The notes beneath the pieces are model-generated. The model was not told the DNA's origin. It did no database searches and saw nothing but the letters and a program-made list of their open reading frames with translations. The translations under genes were made by a program, and so were the position numbers. From NCBI GenBank assembly GCA_023133275.1, contig JAGLWU010000021.1:1341-65340 (forward strand): DNA of 64,000 nucleotides, read 5' to 3'. This stretch comes from Candidatus Moraniibacteriota bacterium (GTDB lineage Bacteria; Patescibacteriota; Minisyncoccia; Moranbacterales; GCA-2747515). The first letter of the stretch is position 1; each line of letters opens with the position of its first letter. Positions 30,169 through 40,148 of this stretch are shown piece by piece.

Positions 30169-31128
30169 TTATTTTGTTAATTCTTTTTTTATTCTAACAA
30201 GTTCCATCGGTTCTGTAAAATTCAAATTTTCCTCGTCAAAAACTAATTCTTCATGTTCCGCACCTTGCTCAGCGAAATATTTAACAATCTCCTGAACACG
30301 ATATTCCGGAGCACTCGCACCCGAAGTCAATCCTAAAATCTTTTTATTTTTAAACCAATTTTCATCAATCTCCCCCACTTCATCAATCAAATAAGTATTC
30401 ACCCCATCATCTCGAGCCAACTCCGCCAAACGATTTGAATTAGAAGAAGTCTTTGAACCCACTACTAAAACTACATCCACATGTTTAACTAATTCTTTAA
30501 CTGCATTTTGCCGATTAGTCGTCGCATAACAAATATCTTCCGCTGGCGGCTCAATAACATTTTTATATTTTTGCTTAATCGCTTCAATAATTTTTTTAGT
30601 TTTATTTATATTTAAAGTTGTTTGAGTTAATATTGCAATTTTTTCATCAGTAGAATATTTTAAATTTTCCACTTCATCAATATTATCTATCACTGGAATT
30701 TGAACATTCATTTTTTCCGCCTCACCCAAAACACCCAAGCCCTCCACATGACCATGATGTCCAATGTAAATAATTTTAAAACCTTCCTTAATATATCGAA
30801 TTATTTCAATGTGAACTTTTGTAACCAATGGACAAGTTGCATCAATCACTTGAATATTTCTTTTTCTCGCTTTTATAAAATGTTCTGGCGGAGATCCGTG
30901 AGCACTAAAAATCGCCACTGTTTCTTCAGGAATTTCCGAAACTTTTTCTACTGTAATCATTCCTTTTTTTTCTAAATCTGAAACGACTGTTTTGTTGTGT
31001 ACAATTTCGTGCTTGACATAAATTGGCGATCCGAAAATTTTCAGGCAATCTTCTACTACTTTTATAGATCGAGTTACTCCTGCACAAAATCCTCGAGGCT
31101 TAACTGTAATTATTTTTTCTATGTTCAT
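30169..31128 (-). CDS. ispH: 4-hydroxy-3-methylbut-2-enyl diphosphate reductase
   Basis: PRGFCAGV, SAHG, DATCPLV, HVEG, DICYATTNRQ, SSNS, GASAP. Confidence 0.97.
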   Translation of the reverse strand: MNIEKIITVKPRGFCAGVTRSIKVVEDCLKIFGSPIYVKHEIVHNKTVVSDLEKKGMITVEKVSEIPEETVAIFSAHGSPPEHFIKARKRNIQVIDATCPLVTKVHIEIIRYIKEGFKIIYIGHHGHVEGLGVLGEAEKMNVQIPVIDNIDEVENLKYSTDEKIAILTQTTLNINKTKKIIEAIKQKYKNVIEPPAEDICYATTNRQNAVKELVKHVDVVLVVGSKTSSNSNRLAELARDDGVNTYLIDEVGEIDENWFKNKKILGLTSGASAPEYRVQEIVKYFAEQGAEHEELVFDEENLNFTEPMELVRIKKELTK

Positions 31129-31295
31129 AAAATTATATTTTTTAAAATTTAACCTTTTTTATTATACTACATAATTTTACTGAATAAATTTATTTCACTT
31201 AATTTAAGTGATCAAAAGAAGAAGTCAAACGAAAAATTTTAAATTTAACTATGATATAATAAAATCAATCTAAAAAATCCTAAACAAAAAAACCA

Positions 31296-32117
31296 ATGAA
31301 AACCAATGAAAAAAATCTCCTCATCGTTGCCTTATTTGGAATAAGTTTTATCTTTATTTGGACATTTTCCAATTACCGAGAAATGAAACAAGAAAAAACC
31401 AAAATCGAAAACCAAAAGATCGAGAAAGAATTTATAAAAACCGAAAAAGAAACTGAAGCAGAATCACTCCCATCAATAACCCCAGCGAAACTAAAAATTA
31501 AAATGTTTAAAGAAAACCCCCCTCTGATTGTCGATACGAGAAGTAACATTCTTTACCAAAAAAGTCACATTCTTAACAGTATTCAATTAAACGATTTAAA
31601 TCCTACTCAAAATAATAAAAATATCGTTTTAGTTACCAATAATGAAAATGATTCCACTCTCGTTTCACTTCACAAATCCTTGACCAGTGCTGGTAATCAA
31701 GTTCACATACTCACTGGCGGACTCGATGCATGGAAAAATTCTGGCGGAACAATAATTTCTTTTGGAGATCCCGAATCATTCATCGATCAATCTAAAGTGA
31801 AATTAGTAGAACCTCGTGATGTCAACAAAGTTCGTACTGAAAATCCTGAAAATATACTTATCATAGATGTTCGCCGAGAAGGAAATTTCAAGAAAAGTCA
31901 TATCCCCAACGCAATAAATATCCCCCTTTTAGAATTAGAAAAAAAACATCGTGATATTTCCATGAAAAAAAATATTTATGTTTACGGAGCTGATGAATTA
32001 ACGAGTTTTAGTGCAGGCGTTATACTTTATGATCTCGGTTTTTTTAATGTAAAAACTATTAACGGTGGTTTTATCGCTTGGGAAAAATATGAGTATCCCG
32101 TTGAAGCTAACAAATAA
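31296..32117 (+). CDS. Membrane-anchored tandem rhodanese-like protein, no catalytic Cys
   Basis: IDVR..F..SHIPNA and GG..AW patterns twice; protein contains no Cys. Confidence 0.8.
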   Translation: MKTNEKNLLIVALFGISFIFIWTFSNYREMKQEKTKIENQKIEKEFIKTEKETEAESLPSITPAKLKIKMFKENPPLIVDTRSNILYQKSHILNSIQLNDLNPTQNNKNIVLVTNNENDSTLVSLHKSLTSAGNQVHILTGGLDAWKNSGGTIISFGDPESFIDQSKVKLVEPRDVNKVRTENPENILIIDVRREGNFKKSHIPNAINIPLLELEKKHRDISMKKNIYVYGADELTSFSAGVILYDLGFFNVKTINGGFIAWEKYEYPVEANK

Positions 32118-32150
32118 GAAGAATTAAAACTTTTTTGTAAAAAATAAAAA

Positions 32151-32321
32151 GTGCTCGCCGCACGGGCTTTTCTGAACAAGAGATTACAACTCCTTGTTGA
32201 AATTCTAAAATATTTTTGTTATCTAAATTTTCCGTTATTTAAGTTTACTGTCATTCTGAACGGATTTAATTCTTCACTACATAATTTTTATTTCATAAAA
32301 ATTACTTCATTCAGAATGACA
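32151..32321 (+). repeat. Composite repeat A+B plus collapsed family C
   Basis: GTGCTCGCCGCACGGGCTTTTCTG-AACAAGAGATTACAACTCCTTGTT; TGTCATTCTGAA...TTCAGAATGACA. Confidence 0.85.
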
Positions 32322-32402
32322 AATTAAAATACCAAAAAACAAAAAGAACTAGTTATAAAACTAGTTCCTGCAAAATCATAAAACCACTTATTTCAAAAGA
32401 TA

Positions 32403-32603
32403 CTATTCATCCTTTTCACTTGAATCATTTTTTATTTTAAGATGAGGATGTGTACTTTGAATAATTCTTTTATTCATCTTTCCAAATCTATAAGAAATTC
32501 TACCAGAAGTAATATCTCCTTCCCCAGATCGCTCATCATCAGCTCTCTGCAATTCCTCAGCATCACCTTTTAACTTTGACCAATAATTTTCAAAACTGCT
32601 CAT
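32403..32603 (-). CDS. Small hypothetical protein
   Basis: Starts immediately after the stop of 32605..35115. Confidence 0.45.
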   Translation of the reverse strand: MSSFENYWSKLKGDAEELQRADDERSGEGDITSGRISYRFGKMNKRIIQSTHPHLKIKNDSSEKDE

Positions 32604-32604
32604 A

Positions 32605-35115
32605 CTATTTTTTCTCTAATTTAAATTTTAAAACTTGTTTAGAAGTGTTAACAATAGCCGTTTTAGTTTTTTCATCTATCACAAAAGAAACAGCATTTTT
32701 AATATCATCATGAGTAAACTTATCCATCAATTTTCCCGTACTCTTATTAAATTTATAAATAGTAGCCTCTTCCTTATTCACCAACCACAAATAATTCATC
32801 CTCCCTCTAATATAAACTAAATCACCAACCTGATCATTTTCCAATTTAAAATTATTCTTTTTATACTTAAAAAAAGCCTCAATCTTTTTATTATTAGAAA
32901 CATAAATAGTTCCATTGATAGCAATATTTTTAATATTCGATGTGTCATACTCCTCCTTGAGCCAATTATTTCCCTCGCTAAAACCACCAACTTTTCGAGT
33001 ATGTCGAATAATACCATCATCAGTTACAACATAAAGATTCGTCGTATATGCACCGACAGTTTTAACATTTTTATTATCAATATTTAAACTTTGACTTTCA
33101 AACTTTTTAGAAACTGGACTGAAAGAAAATAATTTATCTTTATCTGTAAGCAAAAAAACTAAATTCAAATCATCCATTACAGTCGCATGTTTTATCGCTC
33201 CAGAATCAGTCGGGAGAGAATATTTAATATTTTCATCATCCAAAATAATTACACTATCTTTCGTAATCGCCACATCATATTTATTCACTTTATCCGCATA
33301 AATCAAAGCCACTCCCTTGTAAATCTCCTCAGGATCATTTATATTCCCCTCAATTTTAGGCTCCTCAACAACATCAACAGCTGGTGCATTTTCATTATTT
33401 TCTTGATTACTATTATCATTTTCAGTTTGAATATTTTCACTTTCTTCGGTTGTTAAATTTTGATCTTTATTTTCCGTATCATTTCCTTTATTATTTATAA
33501 AAATCAATGGAACAGCCAAAATTAGAGCCAACAAAGTTAAACCAATAATTTTATTTTTTCCACTCACTTTTTTCCAAGATTGTTTTGAAACAGTAAAAAA
33601 GCTAAAAGATTTTTTATCAACTGACGGCTTATTTTTTTCTTGTCTCGATTTTGAATGCACATTTTTCACTTTTGTAAAAAACTTATTTGAAATTCCTGTA
33701 AATACTTTTTTCAAAGAAATGGAAGTTTTTCCAAAAAAATTAATTATTCTACCTTGAGAAGATTGTGAACTATTTTTATCTTTAGTTAAAACTGAATTAT
33801 TTTTTTCACTTCGCCTAATTACGTCCAAACTAAATTTACCATCTTCACTATCATTAAACAGTTTTTCTTTTTTATTTTGAACAACATTTATTTTGATTGA
33901 TTTTGAATTACGCTCAATTCCATCTCGCACGCCTATCTCCTTTTTCAATTTGACAATTTCATCATTAACATTAGCTGGCATTACTGAATCAATTTGAGTT
34001 TTATTTTCCTCTTTCCGAGATTCTATAAATTTTTTAATTTTTTTCCTTACCCTTCTAAATTTCTTTTTAGTACCTTCCTTAATATTACGAGTCAAATCTT
34101 TAAAACCATCAGAAATTGATGACCATAATCGATTAGTCCCCTCTTCATCTTCTTCACCCTGCAAATAAATATGCCCTGTTCTCTTGTCAACATATTCACC
34201 CGCCTCCTCATCTTCCATAGCAGATTCAGTTTCATCGTTAATTTTTTTGTCATTTAAATTTTCTTCTTTTTGTTGTTGCTCTTCAATTTCACCCTCAAAA
34301 ACCTGAGCACTAAAAACATTATCAGGAATAGGCATTTCCTCTACTTTTTCCTCATTTGCTTCTTGAATAATATTTCTATTAATATTAACCTCGGCAACTG
34401 GGCTTATTTTTTCATTAATGTCGATTATAGAAGTAACTGCCATTTTACATTCATTGGTAAGAACAGTATTTATAAATTGAACAAAATTATCTCTCCCCAA
34501 TCGCAAAGCATTTCTCTGTAATTCATCAAAAGAAATTAAATCTAACAGCTCAGGTGAAGTAATAATAATTTTATCACCAGCCATCAACTGACCACTTGAA
34601 ATATCTATAAAAGTTTTCAATGGATGTTGTTTAGCTTCATCAGACGTTAACCCTTCGCTAATATCCATTATATTTTCTCCTCGCATCAGTAAAACTGCAG
34701 CTCCACCCGTAACACTAAAATACATATCCGTTTCATCAACTGCACAAACAGCACCATCAATTGATCCTAACCAATCAACATTTCCCACATTAGCAACTTC
34801 CGCTAAAGCTCGGTTGACTCTGTGAAGAGCTGTCTCAAAACTCTCAGCGATCCCTCGTTTCGGAAAAGCAAAATATTCTTTTTTAATTTCGGCGGTTAAA
34901 AAGTTTACTATATTTGCTGAAGATGCTGATGAATCACGAACGATAAAAAAACCTAAAAATGTTCCTAATTTTTTTTGAGTGAAATTAACGCCTTTATGTT
35001 TGAATTGTTCTACGTATGCTCTTCGTTTGGAATTTTGCACAACAAAAACATCGGATACTTCTGCATCTAATAAAGTGTTTTTTTTCTTTTGTGTTATTTG
35101 TTCATCTTTTTTCAT
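32605..35115 (-). CDS. Membrane protein: N-terminal PP2C-like fold, TM, C-terminal beta-propeller-like domain
   Basis: FETALHRVNRAL, FIDISSGQL..GDKII; central TM; beta-rich C-terminus. Confidence 0.65.
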   Translation of the reverse strand: MKKDEQITQKKKNTLLDAEVSDVFVVQNSKRRAYVEQFKHKGVNFTQKKLGTFLGFFIVRDSSASSANIVNFLTAEIKKEYFAFPKRGIAESFETALHRVNRALAEVANVGNVDWLGSIDGAVCAVDETDMYFSVTGGAAVLLMRGENIMDISEGLTSDEAKQHPLKTFIDISSGQLMAGDKIIITSPELLDLISFDELQRNALRLGRDNFVQFINTVLTNECKMAVTSIIDINEKISPVAEVNINRNIIQEANEEKVEEMPIPDNVFSAQVFEGEIEEQQQKEENLNDKKINDETESAMEDEEAGEYVDKRTGHIYLQGEEDEEGTNRLWSSISDGFKDLTRNIKEGTKKKFRRVRKKIKKFIESRKEENKTQIDSVMPANVNDEIVKLKKEIGVRDGIERNSKSIKINVVQNKKEKLFNDSEDGKFSLDVIRRSEKNNSVLTKDKNSSQSSQGRIINFFGKTSISLKKVFTGISNKFFTKVKNVHSKSRQEKNKPSVDKKSFSFFTVSKQSWKKVSGKNKIIGLTLLALILAVPLIFINNKGNDTENKDQNLTTEESENIQTENDNSNQENNENAPAVDVVEEPKIEGNINDPEEIYKGVALIYADKVNKYDVAITKDSVIILDDENIKYSLPTDSGAIKHATVMDDLNLVFLLTDKDKLFSFSPVSKKFESQSLNIDNKNVKTVGAYTTNLYVVTDDGIIRHTRKVGGFSEGNNWLKEEYDTSNIKNIAINGTIYVSNNKKIEAFFKYKKNNFKLENDQVGDLVYIRGRMNYLWLVNKEEATIYKFNKSTGKLMDKFTHDDIKNAVSFVIDEKTKTAIVNTSKQVLKFKLEKK

Positions 35116-35226
35116 TTTGTATTAGTCTACTTTAAATTATACAGAATTTTTTTGATCTTGACAAAGCCTGTTAATTATTTGAATGTTAAAAAATATAATA
35201 ATTAAATTGTAACATAAAAAATTGAC

Positions 35227-35252
35227 TTGACATAATAATAATAATATAAATT
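35227..35252 (+). promoter_or_regulatory. (TAA)n-spacer promoter copy 1, n=4, 14-bp spacer
   Basis: TTGACA-(TAA)4-TA-TAAATT. Confidence 0.7.
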
Positions 35253-35300
35253 TACACTGGAGCTTTAGTTATCATACTAACTTTTACCAAAGAGGATGTT

Positions 35301-35645
35301 ATGAAAACATTTACTAAAACTGAATATTTCTTTCAGCAAGTTCTTTTGAGTATCAAAGAGTTAAAAAAAAGAACTTTTAGCCCAGGTATTAAAGTGACGC
35401 GTTTTTATGAAAAAAATAAATGTACAGGGATCTCGATGAATTTCATCGAGATAAATGGGAGGCATGAGGAAATAAAAGAAATTGAAGAAAGTATTGAAAT
35501 AAACTGTCCAATGAAATATTGGGAATGCAACAACGCATTTTTCAATTATCAAGGTTTTCATAATTCTCCAAATCGAAGTTATCCAAAATTTGGAAAAACC
35601 GAGGATGGAAGAAGTTGGGAATCACAACTTCAAGTTCCTATGTAG
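35301..35645 (+). CDS. ORFan, 114 aa, behind promoter copy 1
   Basis: AGAGGA SD; terminator immediately downstream. Confidence 0.7.
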   Translation: MKTFTKTEYFFQQVLLSIKELKKRTFSPGIKVTRFYEKNKCTGISMNFIEINGRHEEIKEIEESIEINCPMKYWECNNAFFNYQGFHNSPNRSYPKFGKTEDGRSWESQLQVPM

Positions 35646-35665
35646 CTGACTACAACCAGCAAAAA

Positions 35666-35706
35666 GCCCGCAAACCTCGAAAGGAATGCGGGCATCTTTT
35701 ATTTTT
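35666..35706 (+). terminator. Intrinsic terminator
   Basis: GCCCGCA..CCT-cgaa-AGG..TGCGGGC followed by a T-rich tail. Confidence 0.75.
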
Positions 35707-35736
35707 GAATCTTAAAAACTTTTTACTTTAAATTTC

Positions 35737-36924
35737 CTAACTAATTATAATCTTCCGAAAAAACTTTTTCCCAACTTTCAAAACTTTTTCATTGTCATTT
35801 TCAGAAATAATATATTTTACATCAGAAACTTTTTCACCATCAATAGAAACACCACCTTGTTCAATCTTCCGCCTCGCATCACCTTTACTATTTGCTCCAC
35901 CAGAATTAACCAAAAAATCTAAAATACTTTCACCATTTTTAACTTTAAATTTCTCAACATCATCAACAACATTCTTTTCAATAAATTTCTTTCGCAAAAA
36001 TTCCGTTTCGCCACCTGCAATTTTCTCATCATAATAAATAGAAATAATAGCTTGAGCCAATTTAATTTTCTGCTTCCGTTTATCCTCTATTTTTAAAATT
36101 TCCGCAACTTCGCCCAAATCAATCCGTGTACAATGCACAAAATAATCCTCAATAACATCATCAGGCATGTTCATAATTTTCTCACCCATCTCCCTCGCAG
36201 GATCCGTAAGATTAATCGTATTTCCCCAACTACTACTCATCTTCCGACCATCCATCCCAGAAATAATATTAGTCATTATAATATCTTGTGGCTCTTGATC
36301 AAATTTACCCTGCAAAGTTCGCCCCGCCAAAAGATTGAAACGCTGATCAGTTCCACCCAATTCAACATCCGCCCGCACAGCTACACTGTCATAGCCCTGC
36401 ATTAACGGATATAAAACTTCACGCAAAGAAACTCGCTTCCCCGCGTCTAAACGCTTCTTAATATTATCTCGAGAAATAAATTCATGCACAGAAAAACAAT
36501 CAGCATGTTCACCAATTTCTTTGTAACTCAATTTATCTAACCAATCTGCATTATAAACAACTTCAACTTTTTTAATGTCTAAAATTTTTGCCGCCTGTTC
36601 TTTATAGCTTTTCATATTTTCTTCAACCATTTCATGAGTTAACATTGGTCGCTCCGAATCTTTATCAGAAGTATCACCAATCACACCCGTCGCATTTCCA
36701 ACAAGTAAAACAATTTGATGACCAAGTTTTTGAAAGTCTAAAAGCTTAAGTAAAGGCACAGCTCTTCCCAAATGCAAATTTGAACTTGTCGGATCAATTC
36801 CAAATTTAATTCTCAATTTTTCTCCAGACAAAAGTTTTTTTCGTAAATTTTCTTTTCCAATAATCTCATCCGCTCCCCGCTCTAAAATTTCATCAACTTT
36901 TTTTTCCAATTCTTTTTTATCCAT
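35737..36924 (-). CDS. tyrS: Tyrosine--tRNA ligase
   Basis: GIDPT..LHLG, YPLMQGYDS, GGTDQ, KMSSS, C-terminal S4 domain. Confidence 0.97.
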   Translation of the reverse strand: MDKKELEKKVDEILERGADEIIGKENLRKKLLSGEKLRIKFGIDPTSSNLHLGRAVPLLKLLDFQKLGHQIVLLVGNATGVIGDTSDKDSERPMLTHEMVEENMKSYKEQAAKILDIKKVEVVYNADWLDKLSYKEIGEHADCFSVHEFISRDNIKKRLDAGKRVSLREVLYPLMQGYDSVAVRADVELGGTDQRFNLLAGRTLQGKFDQEPQDIIMTNIISGMDGRKMSSSWGNTINLTDPAREMGEKIMNMPDDVIEDYFVHCTRIDLGEVAEILKIEDKRKQKIKLAQAIISIYYDEKIAGGETEFLRKKFIEKNVVDDVEKFKVKNGESILDFLVNSGGANSKGDARRKIEQGGVSIDGEKVSDVKYIISENDNEKVLKVGKKFFRKIIIS

Positions 36925-36953
36925 ACAATATCAATTAACTTATTTTCTAATTC

Positions 36954-36981
36954 GTAGAGACAAGGCATGCCTTGTCTCTAC
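36954..36981. repeat. GTAG-type REP-like perfect palindrome
   Basis: GTAGAGACAAGGCATGCCTTGTCTCTAC. Confidence 0.85.
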
Positions 36982-37008
36982 AGTCAAAAAACAATTCGAA
37001 TTACCAAT

Positions 37009-37584
37009 CTAATAATTTTCCACAAAAAGTTCAAAGTGAGCCTGCGAATGAGCACATGACGGGCATTCCTCTAAAGCATCAGTTCCCTCATGTAAATAAC
37101 CACAATTTTGACATTTCCAAATAACTTTCTCCTCCCGTTTAAAAACCTTTCCGTTCTCAACATTTGCCAACAACTTCAAATAACGAGTTTCATGAGCCTT
37201 TTCAACTTTCGCGATATTTCGCCAAACCATCGCAATATCCACAAAACCCTCTTCCTCCGCAATATCCGCAAAAGCTGGATACAATTCCGTCCATTCTTCA
37301 TTTTCACCTTCAACCGACGCTTTCAAATTTTCCGCAGTCGTTCCAATTTTTCCCGCTGGATAAGTTGCTGTAATTTCCACCATTCGCCCTTCTAAAAACT
37401 TAAAAAAACGTTTTGCATGTTCTTTTTCATTTAAAGCTGTTTCTGCAAAAAATACTGAGATTTGTTCAAAGCCGTCTTTTTTCGCCTGCTTTGAAAAATA
37501 GTCATAACGCATCCGAGCTTGTGATTCTCCTGCAAATGATTTTAATAAATTTTGCTCCGTCTGTGTTCCTTTTAAACTTTCCAT
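37009..37584 (-). CDS. rbr: Rubrerythrin
   Basis: FAGESQA, EKEHA, EKAHE, CQNCG..CPSCAH. Confidence 0.95.
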   Translation of the reverse strand: MESLKGTQTEQNLLKSFAGESQARMRYDYFSKQAKKDGFEQISVFFAETALNEKEHAKRFFKFLEGRMVEITATYPAGKIGTTAENLKASVEGENEEWTELYPAFADIAEEEGFVDIAMVWRNIAKVEKAHETRYLKLLANVENGKVFKREEKVIWKCQNCGYLHEGTDALEECPSCAHSQAHFELFVENY

Positions 37585-37663
37585 AGTTTTATTTTTTAAT
37601 AATTATTTTACTGTAATTAATAGTATCATCTCTTGAAAAATAAATAAAGAGAGAAAATTTCAT

Positions 37664-37692
37664 TTGACTTATTTTAAAAATTTAGTTATATT
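37664..37692 (+). promoter_or_regulatory. Sigma70-type promoter TTGACT-17-TATATT
   Basis: Exact 17-bp spacing, upstream of an AGGAGG SD. Confidence 0.65.
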
Positions 37693-37726
37693 TACTTATC
37701 ATCAAAAAAATAAAAGGAGGCACATT

Positions 37727-37813
37727 ATGGATTTTGGAGAATGGATCCTGCTCACTGTTGCAACACCAATAATAGCGTACACACTGTATCGTGTTTTCAC
37801 TCTTAAAGGGTGA
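37727..37813 (+). CDS. 28-aa single-TM peptide MDFGEWILLTVATPIIAYTLYRVFTLKG
   Basis: AAGGAGG SD, own promoter, downstream hairpin 37859-37896; below the ORF-track length cutoff. Confidence 0.65.
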   Translation: MDFGEWILLTVATPIIAYTLYRVFTLKG

Positions 37814-37914
37814 ACTCCTGATGAATGTTCCTCAGGTGAAGAACAAAAAGACAATAACGCATGAGTTGCCAGCAGTTTGTAACACATGCATTTTTTAATT
37901 TATTTTCAAAAAAA

Positions 37915-37935
37915 GTGCTCGCCACACAGGTTTTT
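37915..37935 (+). repeat. Degenerate family-A repeat
   Basis: GTGCTCGCCACACAGGTTTTT. Confidence 0.65.
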
Positions 37936-37939
37936 AAAA

Positions 37940-38398
37940 CTACAAGCCCAATTTAAACAAACTTAAGTCACCACTTAATTCACTCTTTATCAAACTTTCA
38001 ATATTAATATTATCAGCTAATTTTATATTAAAATTAAAAGTAAAATTATCTTTAGCCTCTTTATCATCTCTTTCAATACCTTCTATTATATCTACACCAT
38101 GAGCTATAACATGAATATTATAAAATATTTCTCTACCATCTTTTGAAAAAAAATTATAAGAAATAAATCCTTTTTCCTCAAGATATTGTAAAGAATTATA
38201 AAGATTATAGAAGTTATTATCAGATATAATTAATAAATCCTTTTCTTCATCTTTCAATGGCTCAAATTTTAATTCATCTTTATCATTTATGAATTCAAGA
38301 TCAAAATTTAAACTAATATCATTTTCAATCCCTCTTCTACGTTTACGTTCATAAAAATACAAAAGTAAATCACCCGAAATTTTCTTAATCGTTTTCAT
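37940..38398 (-). CDS. Hypothetical protein (possible winged-helix)
   Basis: LQYLEEKGFI...IAHGVDIIE pattern. Confidence 0.6.
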   Translation of the reverse strand: MKTIKKISGDLLLYFYERKRRRGIENDISLNFDLEFINDKDELKFEPLKDEEKDLLIISDNNFYNLYNSLQYLEEKGFISYNFFSKDGREIFYNIHVIAHGVDIIEGIERDDKEAKDNFTFNFNIKLADNINIESLIKSELSGDLSLFKLGL

Positions 38399-38423
38399 AA
38401 AATCTAAATTATTAATTACAAAT

Positions 38424-39473
38424 TTATTTAATCACTAACTTTTCAATCCCCAGCATCTCTTCCCCAATCAAAAAACTCAACATCGCACCACCACCAGTCG
38501 ACACAAAAGAAATATCCTCCCAATAACCACTCTCCGCCAAAGCCTGCACACTCTCCCCACCACCAATCAAACTAAAAGCATCTTTATTCCCCGCTACAAA
38601 CTTAACCAATTCCCGAGTTCCAATATCATAAGGCTTTTCCTCAAATTTACCCATCGGACCATTCCACACAATCGTTTTCGCCTGCTCAATTTTTTCCCGA
38701 AAAAGCTCAATCGTTTTTGGACCAATATCCAAAGTTTCGCCCGTAAAATCCACTGGCAAAATAACCTTTTCCGAAAAATTAATCCCCTGTTCAATTGCTT
38801 CAACCGCCACTCGTCCACCAACCAAAACATAATTATAACTTTTTTCAAACATCTTAATCAAAGGTAATTTAGTCGCAATTTTTGACCCACCAATAATCGC
38901 CACCGCTGGACGTTTTTGTAAATTTTTAACTTTTTCTAAATTTTCAATTTCCTTTTGTAACCAAATTCCACCAAATGATGGAAGAATATCAGTAATTACA
39001 TAAAGAGACGCATGTCCACGATGATCAACGCCAAAAGAATCATTCACATAAATATCAAATGGTTCAGCCAACTTTTTTGCAAATTTAACATCACCTTTTT
39101 TCTCGCCAGAATAAAAACGAACATTTTCCAAAAGAATAATTTGATTTTCACCATTTTCAATTTCACCTTTCACTTTTTCACCAATACAATCATTCGCAAA
39201 AAAAACTTTTCTTTTCAAAATTCTTTCAACATCGTCAGCAATTTGTTTTACCGAAAATTCTGGTTTAATCTCACCATCCGGACGACCAAAATGAGTCAAC
39301 AAAGCAATTTTTCTCGCTCCATTTTCAATTAACCATTCTAAACTTTCTTTGGCAGCAAGAATTTTATGCGACTCAATCACATCACCTTTTTCATCAAGCG
39401 AAACATTAAAATCAACTCTCAATAAAACATTTTTTCCATTCACATCAGCGTTTTGTATTTTTTTAATATTCAT
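38424..39473 (-). CDS. pgk: Phosphoglycerate kinase
   Basis: RVDFNV, HFGRP, LLENVRF, WNGPMG, GGGES, STGGGA; start placed at MNIKK. Confidence 0.95.
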   Translation of the reverse strand: MNIKKIQNADVNGKNVLLRVDFNVSLDEKGDVIESHKILAAKESLEWLIENGARKIALLTHFGRPDGEIKPEFSVKQIADDVERILKRKVFFANDCIGEKVKGEIENGENQIILLENVRFYSGEKKGDVKFAKKLAEPFDIYVNDSFGVDHRGHASLYVITDILPSFGGIWLQKEIENLEKVKNLQKRPAVAIIGGSKIATKLPLIKMFEKSYNYVLVGGRVAVEAIEQGINFSEKVILPVDFTGETLDIGPKTIELFREKIEQAKTIVWNGPMGKFEEKPYDIGTRELVKFVAGNKDAFSLIGGGESVQALAESGYWEDISFVSTGGGAMLSFLIGEEMLGIEKLVIK

Positions 39474-39508
39474 AAATATTCTAAATTTAAAAAATTTATC
39501 ATTAAAAA

Positions 39509-39889
39509 TTATTTTATCGCTTTCCATAAACCATGCAAATTACAATACGCTCGAACTACAAAATCATCTGATTTGATAGCGAAAAATACCTCTGGCTGAT
39601 CACCAACTTTCAAAAAAACTTTCTGATTTTCACCACCAGCAATAATTTCAATCCACTCAATAAAATGATCCTCTTCCATCGGATGTGCCACTTCACCAAC
39701 TTTAATTTTAATTCCCCCCTTAATTTTTTCAACAACTGGAACATGCTTTTCAATCGTTGCATCTTCAATATTTTCAATCTGCAAATTCATCAGTTGATTG
39801 CAACAAACCAATTCCCCCACTCCAACATGATTAATTTGAACAATATTTCCACAAATTAAACATTTATAAACCTGATGTTTCTCAGTCAT
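39509..39889 (-). CDS. dfx: Desulfoferrodoxin / superoxide reductase
   Basis: YKCLICGN, LVCC, EKHVP, HPM...H, CNLHG. Confidence 0.95.
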   Translation of the reverse strand: MTEKHQVYKCLICGNIVQINHVGVGELVCCNQLMNLQIENIEDATIEKHVPVVEKIKGGIKIKVGEVAHPMEEDHFIEWIEIIAGGENQKVFLKVGDQPEVFFAIKSDDFVVRAYCNLHGLWKAIK

Positions 39890-39964
39890 ATTTTTATATT
39901 TTGAAAAATTACCATTTTATTATAACACAAACTTTTTACAAAAATTTTTAAATTATTTCCAATT

Positions 39965-40113
39965 GTGCTCGCCGCACGGACTTTTCACCATTTAACTTTT
40001 TTCGAAATTCTGAAACATTTCCGTAATATCTCTTGTCATTCAAATTACCTGTCATTCTGAACGTAGTAAATTTATTGCAGATAAATTTATGTAGTGAAGA
40101 ATCCCCCACAGAG
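39965..40113 (+). repeat. Family A plus left arm of family C
   Basis: GTGCTCGCCGCACGGACTTTT; TGTCATTCTGAACG-[AT hairpin]-GTAGTGAAGAATC. Confidence 0.8.
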
Positions 40114-40148
40114 AATCATAAAACTTTAAAATTAAACAAAAAGTGAAT

